Counted from the stretch's first letter, positions 11,071-22,684 are shown. The stretch is 32,737 nt of DNA from Trichoplax sp. H2 (GCA_003344405.1 NOWV01000127.1:186001-218737), one strand, 5' to 3'. Numbers and translations are program-made. Notes: a model not told the origin generated them from the sequence alone.

Positions 11071-11633
11071 TGTAATGTAACTTAGTATTGTGATTGTTGA
11101 CTGTTAGCCATGTTTAGTATAATATACGGTAGCGTAACTTCTATATTTGTCCTAAGAGATATTTGGTAGCTATAACTATAGACTGTAGTGGTAGAGACTC
11201 TATGCTAGAGGTACAGATGACTATATACAGTAAGGTGTGAAGTTACTAATAAGGTTATAGGCAAAAATAGAACTGTAAATCATATATTAGGATATGGTTA
11301 ATTCATTGTACTTTAGCTAGTGTAAATAATGTCTACGTAAATACTGTAGTCGTATCCACATCGGATTAATGATGGTCCGCAGTAGAATAGTATTACTAAG
11401 AATAATTTAACTATGTGTAAAATAAGGTTAAAGGTTGCCATGCGGATTGTAGCTGCGAATGCTACGAAAAGTATAAAAGCATGCAACTTTAGATTATTCT
11501 GTTAGTTCGTTGTAGACGTCTTTAGTATTAGTATTCGGCTAAAGTAGAGCTGTGAGTAGTTAATCTTTGTATAAGATTCAATAAAGCCCTTATTTTTCTA
11601 AAATTTGGAATTTCGTAATCGGTGTATATCACA
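11071..11633 (+). mobile_element. Solo-LTR-like element, family 1, copy 2
   Basis: 563 bp, TGTAAT...ATCACA, 5-bp TSD GTAGC (11066-11070 and 11634-11638). TATAAAA at 11472 is followed by AATAAA at 11580, the expected U3-R-U5 order. Confidence 0.85.
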
Positions 11634-11750
11634 GTAGCCAAACCCATAATCAATTAAATAGTTACTCCAACTCAAGTATTTCTGTCGCAAGCACTCTACT
11701 AATTCATATATGCGAGATAAAATAAAGGTCATGCTGTATATTAAACTTAC

Positions 11751-11822
11751 AACGACTGTAACTCTGAGAGCGGTTCTAGTGCCTTCATATCAATATTAGA
11801 CAGCATATTAGAAGAGATATTT
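11751..11822 (-). CDS. LRR exon
   Basis: 72 bp; NISSNMLSNIDMKALEPLSELQSL. Confidence 0.92.
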
Positions 11823-11965
11823 CTATGGAATATAAATAGCGATTAGTAAGTAGGAATACTAATAAAGACGTTTTAAAAATTATGTATTAAAATAGAGTTT
11901 AAACTAGATCACATTCAAGCATTAGGTAAGGTTTATTAGCGAACTTATCCGATGGAAATACTTAC

Positions 11966-12049
11966 AATGATTGCAGATTGCTGTAGTTAGACATAATAAA
12001 AGAATCTTTAACATTTTTGATGTTACTATACCGATTGCCTGTTAGATCA
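11966..12049 (-). CDS. LRR exon
   Basis: 84 bp; DLTGNRYSNIKNVKDSFIMSNYSNLQSL. Confidence 0.88.
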
Positions 12050-12178
12050 CTGGAAATAAAGCATCGAAATTGTTAAGAAAAATAAATTGAAATGATAAGG
12101 TTAAAGTTGAATTGAACTAAATATATTTGTACAAGTTAAATATATTAATTTCAGGAGAATTCATAAATTTATACTTAC

Positions 12179-12250
12179 AGGTGGGCTAAATTCAAAAGTG
12201 TAGAAAAATTGAGCGGATTTGATTCATGTAATTTATTGTAAGATAGATTA
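12179..12250 (-). CDS. LRR exon
   Basis: 72 bp; NLSYNKLHESNPLNFSTLLNLAHL. Confidence 0.9.
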
Positions 12251-12432
12251 CTATTTTATACCAAGTTCACAGAAGATTATATGATATTGATATTTGATAT
12301 TCATATTGATATGATGTTGATATAGTTGGAACATAAATGATAAAAAATTGATCAGACTTACAATGTTGACTATAAATTTGATAATTCACTATCACTTGAA
12401 TAGCAATTGAAATCTAGAGCACATGGACTTAC

Positions 12433-12495
12433 AGGGTTCTGCAATCTGCAAAGTCTAAGTATCGTATTTCTGATATGTAGTTATTCGTCAAATCT
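12433..12495 (-). CDS. LRR exon (donor ambiguous)
   Basis: 63 bp; DLTNNYISEIRYLDFADCRTL. A second GTAAG at 12357-12361 would give a broken 134-bp exon. Confidence 0.7.
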
Positions 12496-12776
12496 CTGTT
12501 AGAAAAAACAGTAACTTAAAACTTCGAAATCAGCAGATAGCAGATTATTCAGAAATATTGGAGTATTATAGTTTCATATAGCCCTAAAAAATTTAAGTTT
12601 TAATTGTAGTAGGTAGTTATTCTCTTATCCTTGCCACAGGTATTACGTACAAATTGAGATGTGATATGGATGAACTTACTATTATACTGCTGATATTTAT
12701 TTGCTGATTTAATTGATATTTGATATTGGAGCTTTGACTGCCTCCATATTATACTCAGAATATATTTAAGACTTAC

Positions 12777-12863
12777 AAAGTCTTTATGACCGTAGAATTT
12801 CTACTTCTTTCTACTGATCCATTGTGTACGTTCAGTCTTAGCGGATATGATCTTGATAGTCCC
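12777..12863 (-). CDS. Atypical LRR-like exon (copy A)
   Basis: 87 bp, phase 2; GLSRSYPLRLNVHNGSVERSRNSTVIKTL. Confidence 0.6.
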
Positions 12864-13006
12864 CTTAGTAGATAAAAACAATCTTAATAATAGCCATAGG
12901 ACTAAAGATTGAAATCTATAGAGCATTACTATACTAGTTAGCGTAAGAAAATTATGCAATATACAAGTTTGATAAGATTTAATTATAGAAAAGAACTGCA
13001 GCATAC

Positions 13007-13078
13007 AAAAATTCCATTGATGCAACATTAGGTAATTGAAATTCTGGAAAATTTCTGATGGGATTGCCACTAAGTTGC
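13007..13078 (-). CDS. LRR exon (copy A)
   Basis: 72 bp; QLSGNPIRNFPEFQLPNVASMEFL. Confidence 0.88.
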
Positions 13079-13261
13079 CTAATAAGTTTACATTATTAAT
13101 AAATTACATTGCTTGATAGTTATACGTTTATCCATAGCTCGAGCCCTTATCCAAAATAATACTGCATGTAAAAATATCAATAGATTTCATTTGAACAGTT
13201 CTTAAATGGAATCTAGCTCGGGCACTTATTTTAAAAAGGTATAAAAGGCTATTGCACTCAC

Positions 13262-13333
13262 AGTAATTGTAGTTTATTTAGGCCTGTAAATGTATTTTCG
13301 TCAATATGCGATATTGCATTTGTTTGCAAACGT
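13262..13333 (-). CDS. LRR exon (copy A)
   Basis: 72 bp; RLQTNAISHIDENTFTGLNKLQLL. Confidence 0.93.
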
Positions 13334-13978
13334 CTAAAGGTGTAAATGTATGAAAAATTAGCATATACCAATAGCATTAATACTATTTGGAACATCTTGT
13401 AGTTAGTTATAGAATGTTCGCAGTATGCAAGGAGTATAAAAAATTAAAAATTTAAACTATAAAATTTAGATTATTGCTGTTCTTTGATCTAGAGTTAAAG
13501 TAGTTGCAAGAATTTATGTAAGATTTTATCCCTTTCGATCTGTAAGCGGTATAGTGTATATATATACATATGTCAAAAATTTTAATTCTGCACAGCTTGC
13601 AATTAAATTGCGAGTTATTATATGAATGATCACTAAATAATAGCACTAGCTTGAAAGTTTAAGCTTAGTATTGATTAAATTGCTGTGGGATTACTTAAAT
13701 TTGTAGAGTAACGACCAAACATTGATAAATTCTAGATTCTGCCGACCGCAACAGCTCTCATAGAGTTTAATTTAGTCTCTAAGTAAATTTAGCTAATAAT
13801 TATGCATTGCAGTAAATAAAAATTTTGTTTAAAAACGTTAATACGCTGTTATATCGGTATTGCTGATGTCAAATTAAGATAGAACTGGCGTGAACACTTT
13901 GTCGTATTTAACGTTACAACGTATATTAGAATGTAGAATGTATTATAATCTTTTGATAAAATTATGACTCATGCTTAC

Positions 13979-14050
13979 AAAGCTTTTAGATTTATTAAAT
14001 GCTTAAATTGACCGGCATTTAACCGCGGAATTTCGTTTTCGTTTAAATTT
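13979..14050 (-). CDS. LRR exon (copy A)
   Basis: 72 bp; NLNENEIPRLNAGQFKHLINLKAL. Confidence 0.92.
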
Positions 14051-14133
14051 CTAGATAGTTGTGAGCCAATTAAAACAATTTTTTTAGAATCTAAGAAAGA
14101 TTTATCCGTAAATCACTACTAATTTATACTTAC

Positions 14134-14205
14134 AAGTCTTGAAGATTGACTAACGGCGAAAAAATTGTAGAGCTGAACCTTTTCAATTTATTGTCTGTTA
14201 AATCT
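14134..14205 (-). CDS. LRR exon (copy A)
   Basis: 72 bp; DLTDNKLKRFSSTIFSPLVNLQDL. Confidence 0.92.
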
Positions 14206-14524
14206 CTAATTATGACAGTATAAGAAATAATTCAGTCAGTAGATCAACACTTACAGGCTATTTAGCTATTCTTAATTATAGTCGTTGAAATGAATCCAGG
14301 AAAAATATATCATTCCGTTTATTAGATGTGCTAAATGATATAGCTATGAAATCGATATTTACTGTATTATTGTATTATTTATCACGTTGGTGAAGCATTT
14401 GTCACCGTCTACTCAATTATAATGATTAAAGAAATTCCTGCATATGATACGAACTAAAAATTTTCAATTATAAGTAAACTAGTTTAGACAGTTTTAAACT
14501 GCAGTAAGTGTAAGGAGTACTTAC

Positions 14525-14596
14525 AAAGTAGTTAGATTGTAGAGATCTTCGAATGCAGTATCATTGATGGAAGAGATGTTATTGAAAGCTAGTCGT
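14525..14596 (-). CDS. LRR exon (copy A)
   Basis: 72 bp; RLAFNNISSINDTAFEDLYNLTTL. Confidence 0.93.
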
Positions 14597-14778
14597 CTAA
14601 GGATGAAGAATTCGATTTACACGTCTTAACATATTAATTATACGCTAGCTTTACTATACGCTAGAAGATTTTAGGTATAGTAAATTCTATTTGCTGATTT
14701 ACTACCGTAAAATAAATGAATCAGTATTGTTAGCATTTACTTTAAACGCCCTAATTAATATATAATTAGCATGATTAC

Positions 14779-14850
14779 AGGTGTCTAAGGCTTATAAGTC
14801 CTGAAAACTGATAGGCATCCAATGAATTCAATCGAACATTGATAATGGTC
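14779..14850 (-). CDS. LRR exon (copy A)
   Basis: 72 bp; TIINVRLNSLDAYQFSGLISLRHL. Confidence 0.88.
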
Positions 14851-15114
14851 CTATTTAATATTAAAGAAAGGGATAAATTCTTATTTTCTATGAAGTAATT
14901 TTAATATATTTATTAATATATATTACTAGGTTAGAGCATCGAAAGATGATAGATATATGATTAAGCTATCTTTTACTATCGACGAACATATTTTATGAGC
15001 AGATTTCTTATCAGGCATTAAATTTTTTAGTTAACTATTTTAACTTGACATTAAAGCATCCTGCTGCTAGCTGAGAATACAGTTAGTATGTGATTTTAGT
15101 AATATGAAACTTAC

Positions 15115-15186
15115 AGCGTCAAAGTCACTTTCATTGATTTAAATAATTTAGTAGGAAGATTGGATATGTTGTTGTTATTCATAACT
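15115..15186 (-). CDS. LRR exon (copy A)
   Basis: 72 bp; VMNNNNISNLPTKLFKSMKVTLTL. Confidence 0.88.
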
Positions 15187-15409
15187 CTTGTTAAAAAATT
15201 TTTGGTATAAAATTTAAATGAATAGATAAATAAGCTAACAAGATCGCTTGCCAAGTTTTATCTTTGAGTTAGCAATATTAAATTGCCTAAAGTACCTCAG
15301 GTAATTAATGAACGCACTAATTCACATTGAAAAATCTTGCACAATTAATTGTTAAATATTAACTTAAGTCTACAGCAACAATTATTTTGAATGTTGTCAC
15401 CATACGTAC

Positions 15410-15481
15410 AATATTTCAATGGATGTCAAATTCTGGAAAGTTGTTGGCGCAACGGAATCGATATTGTTGCTATTTAAGTAC
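15410..15481 (-). CDS. LRR exon (copy A)
   Basis: 72 bp; YLNSNNIDSVAPTTFQNLTSIEIL. Confidence 0.92.
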
Positions 15482-15578
15482 CTATGTAGTTCCGGTAAGA
15501 AATTGTGAAATGCAATTTATTACATTTAAGGTATTATTTAATGCTTAATTATAACTTATGATCATTCGATTTTCTTAC

Positions 15579-15647
15579 ACTCTCAATAAACTTGGAGCAC
15601 ACAGGGTTTGAGGGTGAACATGTGATAATTTGTTGCGATCTAATCTC
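15579..15647 (-). CDS. LRR exon (copy A)
   Basis: 69 bp; RLDRNKLSHVHPQTLCAPSLLRV. Confidence 0.88.
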
Positions 15648-16190
15648 CTAGTTGTTAAAATTATTACGATATTATAACCAGTTTTCAACTTATTTAGGAT
15701 CTCTAAAGTCGGCTAATTATAAAAAGATAAGTAAATTTCATGCCATTATATCTTGATCATGTTGTAATTAATGGCCTTACTATAGCTAGAAAGATTTTAA
15801 TAAGTAATCATTTATGATTACTGTCAGAGCTGTAACTGGCATTTAGTGTTACTAGGCGGTAATTATTAATTAGATTGGCAAATAACTACTATAAGGTTAA
15901 GTATTGTGGCTACAGCTACGTTTTTTGCGCTAATTACAAAGAAAAATAAACTAAAACTTTCTACGGAGGTTCCAAATGTATGTAACATATTTGGCCTTAG
16001 ATTAATATTTCTTGATATTAAAGCTATATAAGTATAGCGGCTTTTATATTATAACGAATTGTCGAAAATTAGTATTATTCTTCGATAAATAAACTTAGAG
16101 GAACATCGACAGAAATGTTTCTCTTTACTTCGTTACTATTTAAATTATTAATTTGACCCTATTGTTCGATGCGATATCTATTGGACTTAC

Positions 16191-16262
16191 AAAGTTTCCA
16201 AGTGTCTAAAATCACAAAATGTACCATCTTCAATTGAAACCAGTTTATTTAGAGAAGCCCGA
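16191..16262 (-). CDS. LRR exon (copy A)
   Basis: 72 bp; RASLNKLVSIEDGTFCDFRHLETL. Confidence 0.92.
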
Positions 16263-16524
16263 CTACAAGAATTGAGAGAAGATGACTTAAATTGAATTTA
16301 GTAATTACATACAATGAAGCTACAGAAAGACTTTTCATTAACTAGCAGAGGATATTACGAATATGCTAATGCTAAATTTTACATATTACGGAAGACGAAA
16401 GTATTTAAAATGACTGCTATGACGCAATTTATTTCATGTTACGCGATTATTTCAATTTTTTATATATTTAAAGTGGTAGAAAATTTGCTACTGCGATACA
16501 TAGCAAAGTTTTTGATCTACTTAC

Positions 16525-16596
16525 AACTCTTGAAGGTTAGTTAAGCCGTTAACATGATCACGTTGTATGTGCGTCAGATCATTACCTGAGAGGGAG
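16525..16596 (-). CDS. LRR exon (copy A)
   Basis: 72 bp; SLSGNDLTHIQRDHVNGLTNLQEL. Confidence 0.92.
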
Positions 16597-16806
16597 CTAA
16601 TAAAAACAAGAGAAATAATAATAATTATGTGTTTGGCGATACTCAAGTTTAGCATAACTATAATAAGTACTTCAGAATATAGTATTTTAATAAATAAATG
16701 CTTTAGCAAACAATGAAAAGAAAAATTACCGTACATTAATACTATATTTAAAATTCTAAAAGACCTCCCCAAATTTTCATACATCATTTTTAAATCATTT
16801 ACTCAC

Positions 16807-16878
16807 AGAAACACGAGATTCTTTAATTTAGTAAAGGAACCATTTTCAATTATTCTAATTTTGTTATCTGCTAGTTCT
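16807..16878 (-). CDS. LRR exon (copy A)
   Basis: 72 bp; ELADNKIRIIENGSFTKLKNLVFL. Confidence 0.93.
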
Positions 16879-17111
16879 CTAATTTAGAAATTTTATTATT
16901 ACGATAAAAAGCTATATAATATTAAATATTGTAGAACAATATCAATTAATTATTATTGAAATGCTTATACATAGCCAAGGCAAACCAAAAAACTAGTACC
17001 GTAATTTATAATTAATATGATAAAATTATGAGCTAAAGTCAATGCAGAAATTAAGGTAGAGAACTAATTATTTCCAGTTTATGGATTTAAACATTTTAAT
17101 TCACCACATAC

Positions 17112-17183
17112 AGCAGATAGAGGTTATCAAGATTGACAAAATAGCTTGGTTTTATGATCGAAAGACTATTATCGGTAAGGAAT
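17112..17183 (-). CDS. LRR exon (copy A)
   Basis: 72 bp; FLTDNSLSIIKPSYFVNLDNLYLL. Confidence 0.92.
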
Positions 17184-17530
17184 CTATTAGAAAATAACAA
17201 TTTTTTGTCATTTACATTAAAGCAGATATTGCACATTCGTTACTGTTCACCAGGGTGAATGCCTTGGTAATTTGTAACGTTGCAGGATATATAATATCTA
17301 ACATTTTTATTATCTTCGCAATAGTTATCAGTCTTATCTACTGTAAATGATCTTTATCTTGCAAGAATTGTAGCAGATAGCTAAGAATTTATTTAACTAA
17401 TAAAACGTCTAGCATTAATCTCCATGACTGCTAGTATTTGAATTTATAGAAGCTAACATTGTTAGAGACAAATTTAAGTTATGAAACCATCATAAAGTGT
17501 TATATCGTATTTTACACTTAATAGGCATAC

Positions 17531-17602
17531 AATTTGGCCAATTTATTGGTGGGCTTGAAAGTGTCCTCATCGATGTTAGTAATTTGATTTGATATAACGG
17601 AT
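17531..17602 (-). CDS. LRR exon (copy A)
   Basis: 72 bp; SVISNQITNIDEDTFKPTNKLAKL. Confidence 0.92.
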
Positions 17603-18015
17603 CTGACAATAAATATAATTGAAATATAGAATAATGTCTAATTATAATGTAATTTTTTAATAATCAACGGTTAAAGTGCTGTTACATAGCTAGCGATGGT
17701 AATAACTACAAGACTAGCAACGAATTGGAGTTACATCTAAATGAATTAGACATCGTATGGTAAAAAGATTTGATTACCAACACGTAAAGATTCAGTAATA
17801 TATCTAAGAAAGCATTTAATTTGGTACATACAATAATGTTCTTTGCACAACTGATTAGTGCAGTCATAAGAAAATAATGTTGTTAAATACATTGCAATAC
17901 ATTACTTTAACGTTGAAAAATCTTATCGTCTCGATATTGTGAATTGGTATTGATAAGACAGAAATATACAAAAATTGAACATACTGTAACGTTCATCGCT
18001 AAATCACGTTCTTAC

Positions 18016-18087
18016 AATTCTGTCAATCGAGAAAGGCATGCAAGGCTGCCATTGGACAATTTCGGTAATTTATTGTCATTCAAATCT
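18016..18087 (-). CDS. LRR exon (copy A)
   Basis: 72 bp; DLNDNKLPKLSNGSLACLSRLTEL. Confidence 0.92.
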
Positions 18088-18310
18088 CTAGAGAAAAATA
18101 ATTCGGAGTTATAATTTTATAAATGAAAATGATTAGCTATATGGTAAATTTTGAATAAAAATTTTAAGCCTGAATTTATGTGGTACTGTAAAAAGTTGAC
18201 TAGCGACGAATTTATAATAGCTTTTTTGTTGGATGTGGTCTCTAAAAATAAGCTCATTTTGCACGTAAATGTTACTCTGTATTTGTTACTATGTACTCGT
18301 GCTATATACG

Positions 18311-18744
18311 TGCCACAATTTCACTTCTGCAACAAGGTAACGTACAGTAAAAGTCTAAAAGTAGCTACTGACTTAAACGCCCGTTTACTTAATTTAACAT
18401 ACACAGAAGAAGACTCTAAAAATGAAACTTTTATTAGCAAAGATACATCTACAACTTGTTACCACACCACTCAACTCAAATGTTCCCATTTATGTAGGAA
18501 CCGTCTAATTTGTAAACAACAACAGTATTATTATTATACCTTACCAGGAGAAACATCTCGAACTGAGATGTTCCTTACATAGCTTTTTTATAACAATCAA
18601 TATCAAATATGTAATGAACTATTACAAACAACATCCACGTTAAGGCATTACTTGTCTTACCTAGCGCTACAAAAATGGATATTCTCCGTACTAGCTACTA
18701 CTGTACTTATTAAACTATCCTAATGACAAGGCAATACGGTAACA
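18311..18744 (-). mobile_element. Solo-LTR-like element, family 2
   Basis: 434 bp, TG...CA, 5-bp TSD ATACG (18306-18310 and 18745-18749). The empty site with a single ATACG is in copy B at 25511-25515. Minus-strand TATAAAA near 18590 and AATAAA near 18430. Confidence 0.85.
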
Positions 18745-19040
18745 ATACGGTGATAAAGATTCTAAGGAAGTATCGAAAGTAATCCAAAGTTTAAAACGTT
18801 GCGTATAAAGAAATTAATATTGTTTGTATAGAACGCGATTTCGACAGTATTTTAAATCCAACCGAAGGTGTTCTGGAAGTAATCTATCAGAATTCACTAG
18901 AATTTCTTACTAATTTATTTTGGATTTCAAATGGAAAGTCACATTCTAAATTAATTATTCATAGCTATCATCGATAGCATGAAATCTAAGAAATTCTTTA
19001 AGCAATTCTCTCATAAGTTCTTGAATCTAATTTAACTTAC

Positions 19041-19112
19041 AATTTTTCCAAATAAGGCATTGAGCAGAATGTTTCAATTTCGATAAATTCAATGTCGTTA
19101 TTGTGTATACTT
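19041..19112 (-). CDS. LRR exon (copy A)
   Basis: 72 bp; SIHNNDIEFIEIETFCSMPYLEKL. Confidence 0.92.
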
Positions 19113-19557
19113 CTAATGAAATAGAATAGATGTATCAAGTTTATTTTGCCTAAAAACAGGGACTAAAGTTGAATTATACTAATTTTACGGGAAGGCTAAT
19201 TAAATATTTAAATGATATAGAATTCGCTATTAATAAATTTTGAACCAAACTTGAGCTGAATTATGGTAGTCAATAATGATATCATTCATAAATTAGATTT
19301 AGATGTAAAGGAGGTAATAATTATTTAGAAAACTACAAATAGCCGAAATATGGGGTTTTAATACAGCAGTCTTTTTCAGTAATAATCACTTGATATCAAA
19401 GATACAGCTCTAAGAATGCACTACCAATGAAATATGAATAAGAAAATATTCTTAAACTAATTCTATCAAGTAAATATTGTGCAAAGAAATCAGTTTCATC
19501 ATGTATTAAATATATTGATAATTATCGAACTAACTATTATAGAATGCAATATCTTAC

Positions 19558-19629
19558 ATATTTCTCAAATTGGAAGTACAGGCAAAGGTATACCGTTCAA
19601 GTTTTTTAATTTTGTTTTGGAAAAGCTGA
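19558..19629 (-). CDS. LRR exon (copy A)
   Basis: 72 bp; QLFQNKIKKLERYTFACTSNLRNI. Confidence 0.92.
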
Positions 19630-19740
19630 CTAAAATTATATAAAAGTAACAAATAAGTAAGCAGCCATATTATCAGTATTCTATAAGTATATACCAAGTT
19701 AAGTAAAAATAAAGTAGCTTTAATGAAGAATAATACTTAC

Positions 19741-19812
19741 AGCTCCCATACTTTAGGCATTCCACAAAATGAATACGGTTCTACATAGGTGATTGAATTT
19801 TGTTCTAATTTT
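19741..19812 (-). CDS. LRR exon (copy A)
   Basis: 72 bp; KLEQNSITYVEPYSFCGMPKVWEL. Confidence 0.92.
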
Positions 19813-20038
19813 CTAAAGCATCAAAAAAAATTCAGTTTGCTAAAAATGGCGTATATGCTGTTACATTGTTTAAAGTAATTCGCCGAATCATTAAAGGATT
19901 ACAAAGCAAACAAATAAATGTAAATATGTGCTATGTAACTATTTTTTTTTCATTTTAGAAGTGAGTAAATTATGATCGAAGAGATAACATGTTTAACAGT
20001 TTCAATGAATAGTTGTAAACATCGTAGAGCAGCAATAT

Positions 20039-20058
20039 NNNNNNNNNNNNNNNNNNNN
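20039..20058. other. Assembly gap (20 N)
   Basis: Run of N. Confidence 1.
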
Positions 20059-20166
20059 GATGAACTTACTATTATACTGCTGATATTTATTTGCTGATTT
20101 AATTGATATTTGATATTGGAGCTTTGACTGCCTCCATATTATACTCAGAATATATTTAAGACTTAC

Positions 20167-20253
20167 AAAGTCTTTATGACCGTAGAATTTCTACTTCTTT
20201 CTACTGATCCATTGTGTACGTTCAGTCTTAGCGGATATGATCTTGATAGTCCC
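20167..20253 (-). CDS. Atypical LRR-like exon (copy B)
   Basis: 87 bp; same peptide as 12777-12863. Confidence 0.55.
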
Positions 20254-20396
20254 CTTAGTACATAAAAGCAATCTTAATAATAGCCATAGGACTAAAGATT
20301 GAAATCCATAGAGTATTACTATACTAGTTAGCGTAAGAAAATTATGCAATATACAAGTTTGATAAGATTTAATTATAGAAAAGAACTGCAGCATAC

Positions 20397-20468
20397 AAAA
20401 ATTCCATTGATGCAACATTAGGTAATTGAAATTCTGGAAAATTTCTGATGGGATTGCCACTAAGTTGC
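20397..20468 (-). CDS. LRR exon (copy B)
   Basis: 72 bp; QLSGNPIRNFPEFQLPNVASMEFL. Confidence 0.85.
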
Positions 20469-20651
20469 CTAATAAGTTTACATTATTAATAAATTAAATT
20501 GCTTGATAGTTATACGTTTATCCATAGCTCGAGCCCTTATCCAAAATAAAACTGCATGTAAAAATATTAATAGATTTCATTCGAAAAGTTCTTAATTGAA
20601 ATCTAGCTGAGGCACTTATTTTAAAAAGGTATAAAAGTTTATCGCACTCAC

Positions 20652-20723
20652 AGAAATTGTAGTTTATTTAGGCCTGTAAATGCATTTTCGTGAATATACG
20701 ATATTGCATTTGTTCGCAAGCGT
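20652..20723 (-). CDS. LRR exon (copy B)
   Basis: 72 bp; RLRTNAISYIHENAFTGLNKLQFL. Confidence 0.92.
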
Positions 20724-21184
20724 CTAAAGATATAAATGTATTAAAAATTAGCATATAACAATAATATTAATACTATTTTGAACATCCTGTAGTTAGTTCT
20801 ACAATGTTCGCAGAATGCAAGGAGTATAAAAAATTAAAATTTTAAACTACAAAATTTAGATCATTTCTGTTCTTTGATCTAGAGTTACAGTAGTTACAGG
20901 AATGTATGTAAGATTTGTATCCCTCCTGATCTAGAAGCAGTATAATATCGACCGCAACAGCTCAAATAGAGTTTAATTTAGTCGCTAAGCAAATTTAGCT
21001 AATAATTAATGCATTGCAGCAAATATAGATTTTGTTTAAAAACGTTAATACGCAGTTATATCAGTATTGCCGATGTCAAAGTAAGATAAAATTGGCGTGA
21101 ATAGTTTATCGTATTTAACGTTACAACGTATATTAGAATGTAGAAGATATTGTAATCTTTTATAAAATTATGACTCATGCTTAC

Positions 21185-21256
21185 AGAGCTTTTAGATTTT
21201 GTAAATGCTTAAATTGACCGGCATTTAACCGCTGAATTTCGTTTTCGTTTAAATTT
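21185..21256 (-). CDS. LRR exon (copy B)
   Basis: 72 bp; NLNENEIQRLNAGQFKHLQNLKAL. Confidence 0.92.
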
Positions 21257-21340
21257 CTAAATAGTTGTGAGCCAATTACGACAAATTTTTTTAGAATCTA
21301 AGAAAGATTTATCTGTAAATCACTACTAATCTGTACTTAC

Positions 21341-21412
21341 AAGTCTTGCAGATTGACTAACGGCGAAAAAATTGTAGAGCTGAACCTTTTCAATTTATTG
21401 TCTGTCAAATCT
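21341..21412 (-). CDS. LRR exon (copy B)
   Basis: 72 bp; DLTDNKLKRFSSTIFSPLVNLQDL. Confidence 0.92.
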
Positions 21413-21729
21413 CTAATTATGATAGTATAAGAAATAATTCAGTCAGTAGATCAAAACTTACAGGCTATTTAGCTATTCTTGATTATAGTTACTATAGTGA
21501 ATCCGGAGAAAATATATCATTCCATTTATTAGATGTGCTAAATGATATAGCTATGAAATCGATATTTATTGTATTATTGTATTACTTATCACTTTAGCGA
21601 AGCAATTGTCACCGTCTACTCAATTATAATGATTAAAGAAATTCCTGCATGATACGGACTAAAATTTTTCAATTATCAGTAAACTAGTTTAGACAGTTTT
21701 AAACTGCAGTAAGTGTAAGGAGTACTTAC

Positions 21730-21801
21730 AAAGTAGTTAGATTGTAGAGATCTTCGAATGCAGTATCATTGATGGAAGAGATGTTATTGAAAGCTAGTCG
21801 T
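21730..21801 (-). CDS. LRR exon (copy B)
   Basis: 72 bp; RLAFNNISSINDTAFEDLYNLTTL. Confidence 0.92.
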
Positions 21802-21983
21802 CTAAGGATGAAGAATTCGATTTACACGTCTTAACATATTAATTATTACGCTAGCTTTACTATACGCTAGGAGATTTTAGGTATAGTAAATTCTATTTGT
21901 TGATTTACTACCGTAAAATAAATGAATCAGTATTGTTAGCATTTATTTTAAACGCCTAATTAATATATGATTAGCATGATTAC

Positions 21984-22055
21984 AGGAGTTTAAGGCTTAT
22001 AAGTCCTGAAAACTGATAGGCATCCAATGAATTTAATTGAATATTGATAATGGTC
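21984..22055 (-). CDS. LRR exon (copy B)
   Basis: 72 bp; TIINIQLNSLDAYQFSGLISLKLL. Confidence 0.88.
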
Positions 22056-22319
22056 CTATTTAATATTAAAGAAAGGGATAAATTCTTATTTTCTATGAAG
22101 TAATTTTAATATATTTATTAATATTTATTACTAGGTAAGAGCATCAAAAGACGATAGATTTATGATTAAGTTATCTTTCACTATCGACGAACATATTTTA
22201 TGAGCAGATTTCTTATCAGGCATTAAATTTTTTAGTTAACTATTTTAACATGATATTAAAGCATCCTGCTGCTAGCTGAGAATATAATTAGTGTGAGATG
22301 TTAATAATATGAAACTTAC

Positions 22320-22391
22320 AGCGTCAAAGTCACTTTCATTGATTTAAATACTTTAGTGGGAAGTTTGGATATGTCGTTGTTATCCATAACT
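22320..22391 (-). CDS. LRR exon (copy B)
   Basis: 72 bp; VMDNNDISKLPTKVFKSMKVTLTL. Confidence 0.88.
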
Positions 22392-22612
22392 CTTGTTAAA
22401 AAATTTTAGTGTAAAATTTAAATGAATAGATAAATAAGCTAACAAGATCGCTTGCCAGATTTTATCTTTGAGTTAGCAATACTAAATAGCCTAAAGTACC
22501 TCAGGTAATTAATGAACGCATTAATTCACATTGAAAATCTTGAACAATTAATCGTCAAATGTTAACTTAAGTCTTTAGCTACAATTATTTTGAATGTTGT
22601 CTTCATACGTAC

Positions 22613-22684
22613 AATGTATCAATGGATGCCAAATTCTGGAAAGTTGTTGGTGCAATGGAATCGATATTGTTGCTGTTTAAGTAC
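22613..22684 (-). CDS. LRR exon (copy B)
   Basis: 72 bp; YLNSNNIDSIAPTTFQNLASIDTL. Confidence 0.9.

Larger units (their letters stand above)
12669..20038. repeat. Copy A of ~7 kb direct duplication
   Basis: Colinear with 20059-26800; ends at the 20-N gap. Confidence 0.95.

Noticed and set aside
12280-12325. Degenerate gatatt microrepeat
   Set aside because: Ordinary low-complexity intronic sequence.
12801-13070. 89-aa ORF and its twin at 20191-20460
   Set aside because: They cross introns out of frame with the real LRR exons, and the duplication explains why the ORF recurs.
15781-15890. GTAAG donor with an exon-sized upstream segment (also near 22984)
   Set aside because: All frames contain stops and the LRR resemblance is weak.
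16314-16544. Plus-strand ORF repeated at 23519-23701
   Set aside because: It is antisense intronic sequence with different stops in the two copies.
18151-18582. 143-aa plus-strand ORF
   Set aside because: It spans the junction of intron and LTR insertion, has no recognisable motif and is not preserved in copy B.
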